Below, piece by piece: positions 13,001 to 26,766 of a DNA stretch of 64,000 nucleotides; position 1 is the first letter of the stretch, and every line of letters starts with the position of its first letter. A program made the position numbers and the translations under genes. This DNA is from Somniosus microcephalus. Taxonomy: Eukaryota. The notes below the pieces were generated by a model, which saw only the letters and a list, made by a program, of their open reading frames with translations, was not told the origin of the DNA and did not search any database. The stretch lies in contig CM126220.1 of assembly GCA_052327205.1 (NCBI GenBank), positions 33,046,001 to 33,110,000 on the forward strand. The letters are read 5' to 3'.

Positions 13001-14716
13001 TTATATACTTGTACAAGCTCTTACTGTCCGTTTTTATATTTCTTGCTAGTTTACTCTCATAATCTATTTTCTCCCTCTTAATTTTTTAAGTCATCCTTTG
13101 CAAGTTTCTAAAAATTTCCCAATCTTCTGGCCTACCACTAATCTTCGCAACATTGCATGCCTTTTCTTTCAATTTGATACCTTCCTTAGTAAGCCACGGA
13201 TGGTTCATCCTTCTCGTAGAATCTTTCTTTCTTACTAGAATATATCTTTGTTGAGAGTTATGAAAGATCTCCTTAAAAGTCTGCCACTGCTTAATTACCA
13301 TCTTACCTTTTAATCTATTTCTCCAGTCCACTTTAGCCAACTCTGTCTTCATACCCTTGTAATTGCTTTTATTTAAGTTTAAGACACTAGTTTCAGACCC
13401 AAGTTTCTCACCCTCAAACTGAATGTGAAATTCTGTCATGTTCTGGTCATTATTCCCTAGAGGATTCTTTACTATGAGATCATTAATTAATCCTGTCTCA
13501 TTACACATTACCAGATCTAAAATAGCCTGTTCCCTGGTTGGCTCCACAATGTATCATTTTAAGAAACGGACCTGAATATACTCTATGAACTCAACCTCAA
13601 GGCTACACTTGCCAATTTTATTTGTCCAATCTATGTGAAGATTAAAATCGCCCACGATTATTGCAGTACCTTTCTTACAAGCCCCCATTATTTCTTGATT
13701 TATACTCAGTCTCACAGTGTAGCTACTGTTAGGGGGCCTATAGATTACTCCCACCAGTGACTTCTTTCCCTTATTATTTCTTATCTCTGCCCAAACTGAT
13801 TCTACATCCTGATCTTCCGAGCCAAGATCATTTCTCACTGCTGTACTGATCTCGTCCTTTATTAACAGAGCTACCCCACCTCCTTTTCCTTTCTGCCTAT
13901 CCTTCCGAAATGTCAAATATCCCTGATCAGTTCCCAGCCTTGGTCACCTTGCAGCCACGTCTCTGTAATGGCTATCAGATCATATCCATTTATTTCTATT
14001 TGTGCCGTCAATTCATCTATCTTGTTATGACTGCTGCGTGCATTCAGATAAAGAATCTTTAATTTTGTCTTTTTACCATTTTCTTTACTCTGACCCTATT
14101 TGCTGGTGCATGCTTATGCTTGTACGATCTGTCCCTTCCTGTCACACTCTGGTTATCATTACCCCTATTGCTAACCCTGCACTATTGCCTTGTCCTTTCT
14201 CTTTGACTTTCTAAGTTTCCCCTCACTTGAACCCTTCCGCCTACTATTTAGTTTAAAGCCCTATCTCCCTATCTACAGCCCTAGTTATTCAATTCACCAG
14301 GACCCAGCACGTTCAATTGAAGCCTGTCGCAACGGAACAGCTCCCTCTTTCCCCCGTACTGGTACCAGTGCCCATGAATCGAAACCCATTTCTCCCACAC
14401 CAATACTTGAGCCACGCATTCAACTCTCTGATCTTATTGACCCTATGCCAATTTGCTCATAGCTCAGGTAGTAATCCAGAGATTATTACCTTTGTGGTTC
14501 TGCTTTTAATTTAGCAGCTAGCTGCTCATACTCCCTCAGCAGAACCTCTTTCTTAGTCCTACCTATGTCATTGGTACCTACATGGATTACGACAACTGGA
14601 TCCTTCCTCTCCCACTCCAAGTTGCTCTCCAGCTCCGAGGAGATGTCCTTAACCTTGGCACCGGGCAGGCAACACAGCCTTCAGGACTCACGCTCTTGGC
14701 TGCAGAGAACAGTATT
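10075..14716 (-). mobile_element. Long decayed CR1 LINE (ORF1 esterase + ORF2 APE-RT), interrupted at 10953-12243
   Basis: The minus strand gives an ORF1 SGNH-esterase-like motif (CCLPGAKVKDI...VVIHVGTNDIG, about 14300-14716), APE (GGGVALL, YRPP, GDFN) and RT (KSPGPDG, DFQKAFD) pieces with stops and frameshifts. The 3' tail (cataagaa repeats) is at about 10076-10092. Confidence 0.9.
10953..12243. mobile_element. Harbinger-derived non-autonomous element (deletion derivative of the 49611-51675 family)
   Basis: TIRs ggctgcaaatttaat / attaaatttgcggcc (14/15). Colinear with 50058-51675. Confidence 0.75.
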
Positions 14717-14885
14717 TAGGAGGAGCCGCATGAAAATAATTTGAGCGCACCCGCCCCGAACTCCCTTTCCTCCCCCGACACACCCACCCTACCCATGCCC
14801 CGCCCCATGAGCACAACCCCACTCCCTCGCTGCGGAACAGGTGGGCTGCCGGAATGCTCCACAGGTTGGCCACCCAAGAGTCAAA

Positions 14886-17100
14886 GGGAGCAAAATTGGG
14901 TTTGGGGCACTAACTCTTGAAATTTTGAAATTTAGCACCAGGCGCTAAGGATTTCAACTTCTACTAAACTGGGTGTTAGCACCCCAGGAAGGAAGTGGGG
15001 CGCTAAATCGAGCGCTAATGGCCTCAGTGGGGCACTAAAGGGGCGCTACCAGCAGAGCGCTAATGAATTTCAGGTGCAATGCATTCAGCAATGATCCTTC
15101 ACACTGGTTCCTTCCAGCTCTTAAAGGGGAGGTTGCATCATTGTGCAGATGCTCATTTTCAGCATTGCTGGCTTTGAGGCAACCTGCGAGCAATTGAATC
15201 CCCTGATGGCTGCGGCTGTTTCCACTCCCAGGGACAGAGCTGGCCGAGGGCGTCCTGCAAGGCCATCTGTCGTTTCTGGCACCGACACTCAGCAGTCTTC
15301 CACCAGCCCTGCTGTAGCCACTGGGGAGACACTAAGTAGGAGCTCTAGATTAGGAAAGGGGACTGTAAAGAGGGGAGGCAAGGGTTTGCACAAGTGTGAT
15401 TAGGCAATATTGTTGTTGTGTATATATGTGGTTAATGGTTTTTGATAAAAATTATTACTGAAATGTTGCAGATTTGGTGCTGTGTCTCATTTCAGTTCTG
15501 GGGTGTGGTATGGAATCACAAAGTGATGGAATGATGGCGACGAGGACTCAAAGTCACTGGAAACGAAGTCTGATGAGGCGGTCACAGACCGACCTTGCAG
15601 AACGCCGATTGAGTGGCTGCCTCCTCCATCGCTGCTGTTCGTCCTCCTATTCCTCCTGCTCCTCTTCTTCCTCCGCATCCTCCTCCACCTCCTCCTCGTC
15701 CTTGATCTCCTCCTCCTGAGGTGGTGCGGCTAAGCCTGCTGGCAATGGCTGGGCCCTCACAATGGCCAAGTTCTGCAGTATGCAGCAGATGATGACAAAA
15801 AGTGACACCCGCTCAGCCGAGTACTGGAGGGCTCCTCCCGAGCGGTCAAGGCAGCGGAACCGTTTCTTGAGCACTCCGATGGTCTGCTCAATGATGTTCC
15901 TGGTGGCAGCATGGCTCTCATTATATGAGTGCTGGGCACGAGTGTTGGGGTTGCGGAGGGGAGTCAGTAGCCAGGTGGAGAGCGGATAGCCCTTGTCTCC
16001 CAGCAGCCAGCCGTAAGCTTGATGTGGTGGCTGGAATAGAGCTGCACATCGGTCTGGCGCAGAATGAATGTATCGTGGCTGCTGCCAGGATAGCGGGCAT
16101 TGACAGTCAGGATTCACCGTGTGTGGTCGCACAGCAACTGCACATTAAGTGAGTGGTAGTCTTTACGGTTACGGAATACCTCAGGATTGTTATGAGGTGC
16201 CCGCAAAGTGCCGTGGGTGCAGTCAGTGGCGCCCTGCACCATGGGGAAGCCCACTATCCTGGCAAAGCTATATGCACGCTCGCGCTGCTTCTCTCTGGTC
16301 ATGGGGAAGGAAATATAACGCCTTCTCCTTCTGTACAGTGCATCTGTGACCTGGTGGATGGAGCAATGGATGGCAAACTGGGAGATGTTGGGGATGTTGC
16401 CTGACGCACACTGGAATGATCCACTGGTGTAGAAATTGAGGGCAACGGTGACCTTGACTGCCACTGAGAGCCATGGTGGGCCTGATCTGAGGCTCGAGAT
16501 CTGGCTTCAGGAAGTGGCAGAGCTCTGTGACCACGTCCTTGCTGAAGGGGAGATTTCTGTGCCTCAGTTGTCTCCGACGTTGATGCTGGAGGACGAGGTA
16601 CAGTGCCAGTACTGCCCCCATGAAAGTATACAAATATTGCACTTTCAAATCTCCCCTCAATGAAACTCAATAATCTTTATGTGCCAGAACATTTGTTAAA
16701 ATGCAAAACGCTCAAATCAGTCAAAAGGCCCCTTTGCTTAAGTGAAATTAACAACGCAGCATTGTTGGCCGACGAAAATAAACTGGATGCGGACGCCTTT
16801 AAATAGTGCCGCCTCCTCCAGGGGACATCCGACTGAAAGCTGCCTCCTCTACCTGTCGCTATTAACGGCAGGCGCACAAACAGGGGGCGAGAGGGAATTT
16901 TTCATCCTGGGCGCAACTGGGGCGCTGCGCACGGCAATGGCATCGCAATCTCTGGGAGCAGGAGATCGGGGCTCAACATCTTACAGCCGCTGCAAAACTC
17001 CCGCCGAACTTAGCGGGAGGCGTTGATATCCCAATTGCAAACCCATTTGCGCCCCCCGGATGCATTAACGGGAGGCGCCAATGAGCCCAATTTCTAGCCC
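14886..17100 (-). mobile_element. PIF/Harbinger DNA transposon, decayed
   Basis: Ends gggagcaaaattggg / cccaatttctagccc. Contains a frameshifted transposase. 15130-15270 matches the leader and the end of the Myb gene at 30790-32700, so the Myb gene is internally deleted here. Confidence 0.8.
15647..16660 (-). pseudogene. Harbinger (HARBI1-like) DDE transposase remnant
   Basis: Motifs spread over several frames: [58 protein letters not shown], plus an acidic tail. Confidence 0.85.
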
Positions 17101-17265
17101 AACGTATCTCAGCAATATCTGGGTCCCCTTGGTTACAATAGAAGAGTTATGTCCAATGCCCAGGATTATCATACAACTGAGCGAGATTAAGTGTTCAGTT
17201 TGTACTCAACCTATAGCTTCAAATGTCCAGCCTAACCCTTTTGTTATGAGAGCAAACATATGACT

Positions 17266-17494
17266 TGACATGAATCTTGTCATTCATGTGGAAATGACTT
17301 ATGAAATGATACTGGGCGGCCTGCTGGTGGCGCTGTCCAGGGAGAGTATAAATACTCGGGCATGGGCCCAGCTTGCTCAGGACATTCTTTAACAGGAACT
17401 AGTGAAGGACACAACGAGATCTCCATGTTGTAAAACAGTTGATTAAAGCCTTGTTTAACACTTAGACCAAGTGCCTAGTAGTTTTCTTACGTCA
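17266..17494 (+). mobile_element. Solo LTR, 229 bp
   Basis: TG...CA ends (tgacatgaa...ttacgtca), 5-bp TSD TGACT (17261-17265, 17495-17499), a TATAAATA box at about 17347 and ATTAAA at about 17442. Confidence 0.8.
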
Positions 17495-18063
17495 TGACTT
17501 TTTTCCTTTGGGTAGAAAACTTAATGGCATCGACTACTGACTTCCTCTGGGATGTTTAATTTTATTCTGCAAAGAGTTCAATCATGGTAGTCATTGTTTT
17601 TTTCAGTTATTTCCTTCTGCTTCCAATTTAATTAATCTTGCACGTAATTGTTTCTCTCTACTATTATGCTGTTCATTGACTCCTACACCATTTTCAAATC
17701 CCTGAGCTATTTGTTACTTGTTGCACTACTTTTCATAACTAAGCACTATAAATTCGACCATGTGGCGCCTGTTTTTCCCGTGCTAACCTGCTGACTAAGG
17801 CTCCAATATGGCAGGCAGGAAGCGCGCACACATTTCATTTCCGAAGTGCGTCACCCGCCATATTTGTGAAGGTGTTCGGCCCTTTGCCTATGCAAGCAAA
17901 GGGCCTAATGCTTGTTTGAGGCCCCCACTTCCAGATTGGTTTGCCCTAAAGCAGCCCGCGCTGGCTACACTCAGTAAAACCACACCATGGGACGGCCTTC
18001 TGAAACCATTTGCCGGAACTACCTTTCAGAAGTCTTCTGTCCTGAGTCTGAAGATCAGAGGAG

Positions 18064-18278
18064 AATCACAGAATCACAGAATCACAGAAACCCCACAGTG
18101 CAGATAGAGGCCATTTCGGCCCATCGAGCCTGCACCAACACATATCCCACCCGATCCCTGTAACCCCTACATCAACACATATCCCACCCTATTCCCGTAA
18201 CCCCACGTATTTAATCCCCCTAACACTAAGGGTCAATTTATCATAGCCAATCAACCTAACCCGCACATCTTTGGACAT
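18064..18278 (-). mobile_element. HE1-type (V-SINE) shark SINE, 5'-truncated
   Basis: The minus strand reads tgtccaaagatgtgcgggttaggttgattggc (V-domain-like), then a CR1-like 3' end and a (ttctgtga)n tail. Confidence 0.7.
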
Positions 18279-20082
18279 GCAGTGCAAGAGAGAACACAGC
18301 AGACACTTAAAAATTAACTGGTTTGCCCTGCTTATTTTTGCTTAATGCTATAAAGAGGGCAAAGAAAAGCAAAGCTGCTACAAGGGTAACTGAGACCAGT
18401 AGCTGAGGAAGGCTGATGCTGGGATCTTAAGGATGAATTGCCGTGTTCCATTGTGCTGTTAGATGGTGTGCAAGAATCCCAGCAAATGGAATCTGCATCA
18501 GAAAAGGATTAGAGGCGTTCATATGCACCATAGCTGTTTAGTCATTAAACCATTGGACTCTCAGTGCAGACCAGGGATCGATGCCTTTACCCAATAAACC
18601 ATCAGGGAATCAGGACTGATCAGGGTTCAATGCCTTTGTGCAGTAAACCATTTTCCACCCCTTTGTGGTGTAACTCCTACAGGAATTGTAAGGCTTTTTA
18701 TTAAAGAGCTACAGTTTTAAAGCATAATCAGATATTACATGTGGTTTAAGCTGAGTATAATAGACATACAACCCGTGACAGTAGAGAGTGATCTACGACT
18801 CCTGAATCGGAATGCCACAACCGGACGGACGGTTGGTTGGATGTCTGATGAGGCAGCGTGGAGGTCTTGGGTCAGCGGGTCTCTGCAGTCAGTAACAGCG
18901 GTCACTTCTGTCAGTTCGTCCCCCGGGCTGTTGGAGGTGTTAGGCATAAGCCAGCATTGATCCACCTCAGAGGCTAAACTTAGTCAAGGTGTTAGGCCTG
19001 AGCCAGCATTGATTTTCACCTCAAAAAAGCCTTTGCCCCTCGCTGTCTGATTTCCTCTCTCAGCCCTACATATTTATAGTTATTTCGGTGGGCTGTGATT
19101 TCTCTAGTGTCAATCATCTATAATCCAAGTGTGGTGTGGGAAGATATTTCTCACTCCCTCTCTCTGCACGGCTGGCGAGGCCTTTCTCTTATCTTTCTCA
19201 GGAATGTTTTGTTATGTTTCTTTAAGGACATTTTATGACTTTGTGGCTCCTTATTGTCTAGCTAGTGCTATCCTCCTGTGTTTTCTTGCATTTTACAACC
19301 TTCTTATCATTTTGGTGTTTGTTAATTGACCTCACTGACACTTCAACCATTTGTTCCTGACTGCATTTTAATTTCTGTTCTAAGAGTCAAACTTCATCTC
19401 TGAATCTAATAGCTATTTCTTACAATTACCTCCGCAGCTGCATCTTCAAAAGGAGCAGTTCTCCTTGTTCTGTTTGGAGCCATTTCTCCACCCTCATTGC
19501 AGGATAATTTTAAGGTGAAACAACAGCCTTTAAGTGCTACTTGACTCCTATGCACTCCCAGCGCATAATTGGATGCATGCTGCTAAATGATTTTAATTAG
19601 CTTTACAGCGGGAGGTAGGCTAACAGTGCTGCAGGTGCACGCAGCACTGAAAGACCAGCAGTACCGCAACTGCCACTGTGATGGGACCAAACTACCTGTT
19701 CTATAGTACAATACTGAATAACCTTACCCTAGCAGACTTCTGAAGACTATTAATGTTTTTCATCATCTACCACCACTTTCTTTGTACGCTGGAGATACTA
19801 TTCACTCAATCAGCCACTTCCTGCCAGACAGCATGGACATTTCTTCACCATAGAATGTGCACTGCAAGGTCTTAAAGAGTTGGAGCTATGCAGTGGTTTT
19901 CACCTCCATGCCAGCAAGCTCTCATCGCCAGGCCCATCTGGGCCAGGGATTCACTTTGAATACGCAATGGACGCAACCGTGGGAAATCCCACAAGATTGG
20001 GCCAGCGCAACTTTAGAGAGTGACGTACTTGTCTCTCCAAGGTCCTAGCACTTTGGTACTGGGATGAGAAAATTCTCCCTCT

Positions 20083-20345
20083 GTCTTACTCTTTCTCTTT
20101 GTCTCACTCTCCTTCTCACTCCATCTCTGTCACACTTTCTGTCTCCTATGTCATTCTGTCCCTATTTCTTTGTGTCACTCTCTCTATCTCTGTCTCCTCA
20201 TCTCACTCTCTCTGACCAACTTTGTTACTGTCCCATTGTCTCACTTTGACTCCATCTTTCTGTGTCACTATCTCTTTATCTCACAAGGTATCTATATCTT
20301 TCTTTCCCTCCCTCTCTGTCACTCTGGTTGCCTGACTGCCTTATT
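20083..20345. repeat. Degenerate (CT)/(CTGT)-rich low-complexity tract
   Basis: Pyrimidine-rich ctctct/ctgtca repeats are directly visible. Confidence 0.7.
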
Positions 20346-21249
20346 TCCGATTCTTTTTTATTTCTAGGTGCCCCAGGTCCAGGCAGGCAGCATGTCTTGG
20401 AGAACGGCTGTGTGCATTGTCGAGCTCTACGAGCTCTAATCATCTCTTGCAATGCCCAGAGAGAGAGATCAGCTTTGAGCCCAAAATATCTCTGAGCAAA
20501 TACATTGAGCATTTCAGGATCTAAGCCTGCAAATTACACTGCGCAGTATTATCATACGGATGCTGAAATGCCTCCGTATAAAAGTCCCACTATTTTAACG
20601 GAAGCATTAAACGGTTTAAAAGAAATGGTCTGCACCGCTCTCAAAATAGCGGAAAAAGAAATTTGATAGGAACATCATTAAGCATTCCTGCAATAATATT
20701 ATACAGTGTAATTTCATGTTTAAATCGAGAAATGCACCCTTGATGTTCACTGATATGTCTTGAATGCTTTGAATCTCTCTTGATTGACAGTGAAAGGTGT
20801 TTCCAGGATCTGACTGTACGGCGCACATGGGAAATATCAGTAAAACTGTTTTTAAGATCTATAACACATCAAGATGATCTAAAAATGTTTTGCTCCCAAA
20901 CTCAAAAAGATGCAGCTGGTCTCCCTGGTGGCAAGCCATGCTAATTGGATGAAAGTGGCTCATATGGCAGATTGGGAGGAGGTACAAGAACACTGGGCTT
21001 TGCATTGTCTCCAGTATCATTGAGTCATCTCCTGGCACATTCTGTGCTTACTCATTACTGAGATTTCAAACCATGATTTCAATGTTGTCTGTGTTCCAGT
21101 TCTTTCAAATATTCTGGGAAGCAGTTGCAGAATAACTCAAATAAGAAGTGAATTTGTCTGCAAATCCTTACTCTGCTGAAAAGAACAAAGAAGATCTGTG
21201 GAAACTCAATCATCTCCTCAAGATTCACAAACAGGGCTGTTCCGGTAGA

Positions 21250-22275
21250 ACCATTGTTACACCTTGCTCCTGTTCTATTGACTTTATCTTCTTCCCACAT
21301 GACCAGTCTCCATCTCACTCATCAAATGCTGTCTGCTGTTTTGAGGATTTCAGGCTCTCCAGCTCTAATTGTCTCCTATTAACCACGTGTGTGTAATCCT
21401 ATCAACATCTCCCTTCCTCACCAGAATCCTCTCCAGGCTCTTGGCTTCCTCCATGAGCCGTGAACCAACCAGTCTCCCTCCATTATCACCCTACACTTCT
21501 TGGTTGAACTTTTTCTTACCCTAAAATCTTCTCTTAGCTCCTTTCATTTCCTCCAGGTCAAAGAGGCCACTAAAGTAACCTACGTGGATCACAGTCATTG
21601 TAGAACATATGGAGCACTTTCTGTGCATATCCTACTTAAGCCCTCTTCCTGACCACTTCCTCTAATTCAATGATGACTGTGTCAGTGCTGCTTCCTGCTC
21701 TTGCTCCAAACTGGAGGATCTCATTAACTTTCTTCCTAATCATCAGCTGCTCTTTCTTTTCAATTCCTGGACTCTTTCTCCACTTCTGAAAATGGGCTTC
21801 TCACAGATATCAATTAAAATAAAGCAGACTCACTTGGACCATATTTCAGTCCCTAGACAGACTCCATTCAATGTTCCCAATTTCTCCACCTCCTTTATAC
21901 CTGCCCTGATGAGTTCACTTCCTGCACCAGCACTTCTGAAATGACCTTATTCGTCAGTTCAGGCTAACCGTCATCTGTGAAAGACTGCCCCTCCACTGCA
22001 ATGGCTCGATTTTCTTTGTCTCCATTCCCACTCCTTTCCTCCTATCACAACAAAGTTGCCTTGTCTTCATCTTCCATCTGCATTTGACTATTCTCTCCCA
22101 GGGACCCAGATACTCCTCCTGTGTGAAACTTTTGCACATTTAGTTTACTGTATTTGCTTCTCATGATGTGGTCACTTCTAAATTAAGGAGACCAAATGCA
22201 TATTCTGTGACCATTTAGCGAGACATCTTCAAGCTGTGCATTACTGTGATCCTGACCCCTTGAGTCTTGCTACTT
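21250..22275 (+). mobile_element. Highly decayed Penelope-like element (RT + GIY-YIG remnants)
   Basis: gatgactgtgtcagtgctgcttcctgc translates to DDCVSAASC (RT DD region). 22140-22230 resembles the GIY-YIG motif LVYCI.C..CG...IGETK..L.D. Confidence 0.55.
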
Positions 22276-22314
22276 AAATCCGCGGGACCGGCAGAGAGAG
22301 GGAACGTTGGTAGC

Positions 22315-22655
22315 AACACAAGTTATCAAGGCCATAAAAATGCAAAAAAAGCACTGGGGTTTCTAGAGGGATAGAATTCAAAAGCAGAGAGGTTATCTTA
22401 AACTTACATAGAACGTTGTTTAGACCACACGAAGGTGCAAGTATGATACCAGAACTGAGAGGTTATTAGGAAAGACTAACATGCATTTAAGAGTAAGTTA
22501 GATAAGTACATGAGGGTGAATGGAATTAAAGGATATGCTGATAGGGTTAGATGATGAAGAGTAGGAGAAGGCTCGTGTGGCATATAAAAACTCCGGCATT
22601 GACCTGTTGGGCCAAATGGACTGTATCTGTGCTGCAAATTCTATGTAATTCTATG
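22315..22655 (+). mobile_element. CR1 3' fragment, decayed
   Basis: tagagggatagaattcaaaagcagaga...gttagaccacac, followed by an (aattctatgt) tail. Confidence 0.6.
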
Positions 22656-22889
22656 TGAAAACCTTTGATAGGGCCTGACTATGCATTTCAAACAAGTATG
22701 GCCTACTCACCACAGCTATCCACGGCTAACAGGTTTCCTCTTAAATCACTATCTGTGCCGCAATTGATGGCTCATCCTCTGACTCTTACTCAATTAACTC
22801 AAGGTTCCTCGTGATTTTATCCTCTCTCTCCCATTCCGTTCCTGCTTCATATCAATGACGCGCTCCATTCATTACCAACCTCTACTCTT

Positions 22890-25800
22890 TGTAATGATCA
22901 ATAACATGTCATTCTAGAATAGTACACTAGGTGGAGCTATAGAGCTGTATATTTAGTTGTATGTGTTTAAGACTACACTACCCACGATACACTAGGCTAC
23001 CCACAAGGCAGTAGTCAAGATGGAAGCCTGCACACAGAATCTCTACAGAATGCTGAATCTCTACAGATGCTGTACTTAGAGAACGTGTACTGAATAAATG
23101 ACTAGCTAGAAGCTAGCTGTGTTCATAATAAGAATGTCTAGTTATTAATGAACATAACATGGTACCAGGATTGGTGAAGATCTGCTCAAAATTGTGAAAC
23201 GCAACATGGAGAATTTGAAGCCACCGGAGTTTTTGAATCTCACGGGAAATGTCGACTACAATTGGCGGACTTTCAAACCATCGGGTTTGGTACGAAGCCA
23301 GATGCAAGGAAAATAGCATTGCTGCTCACGGTTGCAGGCCCACAGGCGATAGAGGTATTTAATACATTTGTATTTAATCCAGAGGAGAACAGAAACAAAT
23401 TAGACGATGTGCTAAAGAAATTTGATACACATTGTTCTCCCAAAAAGAATGAAACCTATGAGAGGTATGTGTTCTGTTCAAGGACACAGCAGCAAAATGA
23501 GACTATTGATAGCTTTGTGACTGATCTGAAACTGAAAGCACAGACATGTAATTTCTCTGAGCTGAAAGCATCCATGATTCGTGACCAAATTGTGTTTCAT
23601 ATTCATGATAAAAAGTTAGGGAACGTCTGTTGAGAGAAACCGAACTGACATTGGAAAATGCTGTGAAAATATGCCAAGCCAGTGAGCTAGCTCAAAAGCA
23701 CGCGAAGACTTTCAGTGAAATCAATAATGATGCGATTGTAGTAAGTGTTGTTGTCGGTGCTGTGTCCTATAAGGGGAAGAAACATGGGCAGAACAGAAAT
23801 GAAAAGCAATCGGAGGAAGGAAATTTTAATTGTAAACGCTGTGGTTACAAACACCAGTTAAAACAATGCCCAGCGTTTGGAAAAATGTGCACAAAATGTC
23901 ATGGAAAGAATCACTTTGCCAAACAATGCTTTTCAAAAGTAAAAACAAAGAAAGGGCAACAAGTCCAAGTCAATATGATTGAGGACACTGATTTAAGTGA
24001 GACATTTTTTGTACGAATGGTGTCATGTGACAATGTCAAAAATGATACAGAAAATGTGCAGCCCTCAGATATGGACAATGCTGAACATAAAGTTAATGCA
24101 GTAAAAGAGGACAAATGGATGATCCCACTGCAGGTAAATGGAGCATTAGTTACATTGAAACTAGACACTGGGGCAAAAGCAAACTTAATCAGTATGAGTG
24201 ACATTAAAAACATGAAAGAAAAGCCCAAAATACAGAAAAAGTCAGTACTACTGAAGGGCTATAATGAACAGAAAATAGATAGCTTCGGTGTATGCACACT
24301 TAAAGTGACAGTCAAAGACAAAGTGCATCATCTCATGTTTTCTGTTGTGGCTGAAGGACTTGATTCACTACTGGGTGACAAAGCTTGTGAAGACTTAGAA
24401 CTGGTCAAGAGAGTATACCGTATAAACTGTGCCATAAACAGACCAGATGACTCAGTGGATTCTGTAGTAAATAATTTCCAGGATGTGTTCAAAGGATTTG
24501 GAGTTCTACCATTCACTTACAGGATCCAGCTAAAGGAGAATGCTCAGCCAGTGGTACATGCTCCACAAAGAGTTCCAGCACCCCTGCGTGACCGGCTCAA
24601 GAAAGAACTGGACAGAATGACCACACTAGGAGTCATCAGGAAAGTCGAAGAGCCAACAGACTGGGTTAACTCCATGGTATGTGTAAAGAAAAAGAACAAT
24701 GATCTAAGAATATGCATGGATCCAAAGGACTTAAATGCAAACATAAAACGTGAACACTACCAGATTCCCAAGCGAGAAGAAATCACCAGTGAAATGTCAG
24801 GTGCCAGATACTTTACAAAGCTCGATGCCTCACAAGGATTTTGGCAACTAAAACTGGATGAAGAGAGCACCAAATACTGTACCTTCAACACACCATTTGG
24901 CAGGTATTGTTTCCTCAGAATGCCTTTCAGGATAATATCTGCATCTGAAATCTTTCATAGAGCGATGGAACACATAATTGAAGGTCTGGAAGGAGTCCGG
25001 GTCTATGTTGATGACATCATCTGGGGCTCCACACTGAAAGAACACAATGAGCAACTGACTAAAGTGCTACAGAGCACACACTGGAATGGACTGAAGCTCA
25101 ACAAAGCCAAGTGTCAGTTTGGCGTCCAGGAAGTCACTTTCCTAGGAGATATTCTATCTGGTAAAGGAATAGAGCCAGATATGGAAAAAGTAAATGCCAT
25201 ACTCAACATGCCCCGACCCACTGACAAAAAAGGAGTGCTACGCGTCATGGGGATGATAAACTTCATTGGAAAGTTCATTCCTAACTTGTCAGCCAAGACA
25301 ACCTGTCTGTGAGACCTGCTACATAAAACAAATGAGTTCGCATGGACAGAAAGACATGAACAAGAGTGGATGAACCTCAAAACAGTGCTGACAACCACAC
25401 CTGTACTCACTTTCTTTGACCCAACAAAGAGAATCAAAGTGTCAACGGATGCATAAAAAGATGGCCTAGTCGCGGTCTTGCTACAAGCAGAGGGTGAAGA
25501 TTGGAAGCCTGTTGCCTATGCCTCCAGGTCTATGACTGATACTGAGTGTCGATACGCCCAGATTGAAAAGGAATGTCTAGGCTTGGTAGTTGGATTAGAA
25601 AAGTTCCATGGCTACATATATGGACTTCCCACCTTCACAGTTGAGACAGACCACAGCCCACTGGTTGCCATCATTAAAAAAAATCTGAATGAGATGTCTC
25701 CAAGGATTCAACGACTCATGATGAAGCTGCAAAGATATGACTTTGAACTGATCTACACACCAGGCAAATACATAGTGTTAGCAGATGCACTATCCCGAGC

Positions 25801-26725
25801 ACCCACAATGAATCATGTGAGCTCTACTGAAGAAGACGTGGATGTTCATGTGAGTATGGTCACTGCTGCGCTGCCCGTGTCAGACACAAAATCAAAGCAA
25901 ATAGCAGAAGAAACAGTAAAAGATACAGTGTTACAAACAGTAATAGAAAACATTCATCATGGTTGGCCAAAAGGTTCCTGTCCAAAATACTATCACATAA
26001 GGTCAGAGTTGAGTGTCGCAAGTGGACTATTACTAAAACAGAACAGAATAGTCATTCCACAGGCTTTACGTCAAGACATGCTCAAAAGGATTCATGAGGG
26101 ACACCTCGGAATTGAAAAATGCAAAAGGAGAGCAAGAGACACTGTTTATTGGCCTGGCATAAATAAGGACATTGAGAACATGATAGGCAGATGGGAGACA
26201 TGTCAGAAACACCAGAACAATCTCATGAAAACACATCAGACTTACCCGTGCTGAGAAGATCCACACGTGAAGTAAAAAAGCCTGATAGACTTAATCTTTG
26301 AGTATAAAGTAAAGCTTTGAAAATGTGTTGACTGTTGTGAAAATATTTATGTTTATAGAGCACTAGCAAAAGTGTTACTGATATCATCTTTATCGTTTTT
26401 CTTGAAAGTTGATTGATATTGATTGATATTGTTTTTGTTTAACCTCAAAGAAAGGGGGATGTAATGATCAATAATATGTCATTCTAGAATAGTACACTAG
26501 GTGGAGCTATAGAGCTGTATATTTAGTTGTATGTGTTTAAGACTACACTACCCACGATGCACTAGGCTACCCACAAGGCAGTAGTCAAGATGGAAGCCTG
26601 CACACAGAGGCACACAAGCTGAATCTCTACAGATGCTGTACCTAGAGAACGTGTACTGAATAAATGATTAGCTAGAAGCTAGCTGTGTTCATAATAAGAA
26701 TGTCTAGTTATCAATGAACATAACA
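22890..26725 (+). mobile_element. Gypsy LTR retrotransposon A, with the integrase core deleted
   Basis: LTRs at 22890-23159 and 26460-26725 (TG..CA; about 5 substitutions plus one indel patch), TSD CTCTT, PBS tggtaccaggattgg (tRNA-Leu-like) and PPT aaagaaaggggga. Confidence 0.92.
23206..26301 (+). pseudogene. Gypsy gag-pol pseudogene
   Basis: Two CCHC knuckles, protease LDTGA, RT YVDD, RNase H (YASRS, ETDH) and the integrase zinc region HEGHLG. It then jumps to the terminal KKPDRLNL*. Stops and frameshifts at about 23280, 23630, 25310 and 25453. Confidence 0.9.
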
Positions 26726-26766
26726 CTCTTTTGTTGATTCTACTCTAAAGCCATCAAGTTCCCTCA

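Noticed and set aside
20369-20530. Exon-like open frames next to the CT-rich tract
   Set aside because: No recognisable protein on either strand. The polypyrimidine tract is simple repeat.
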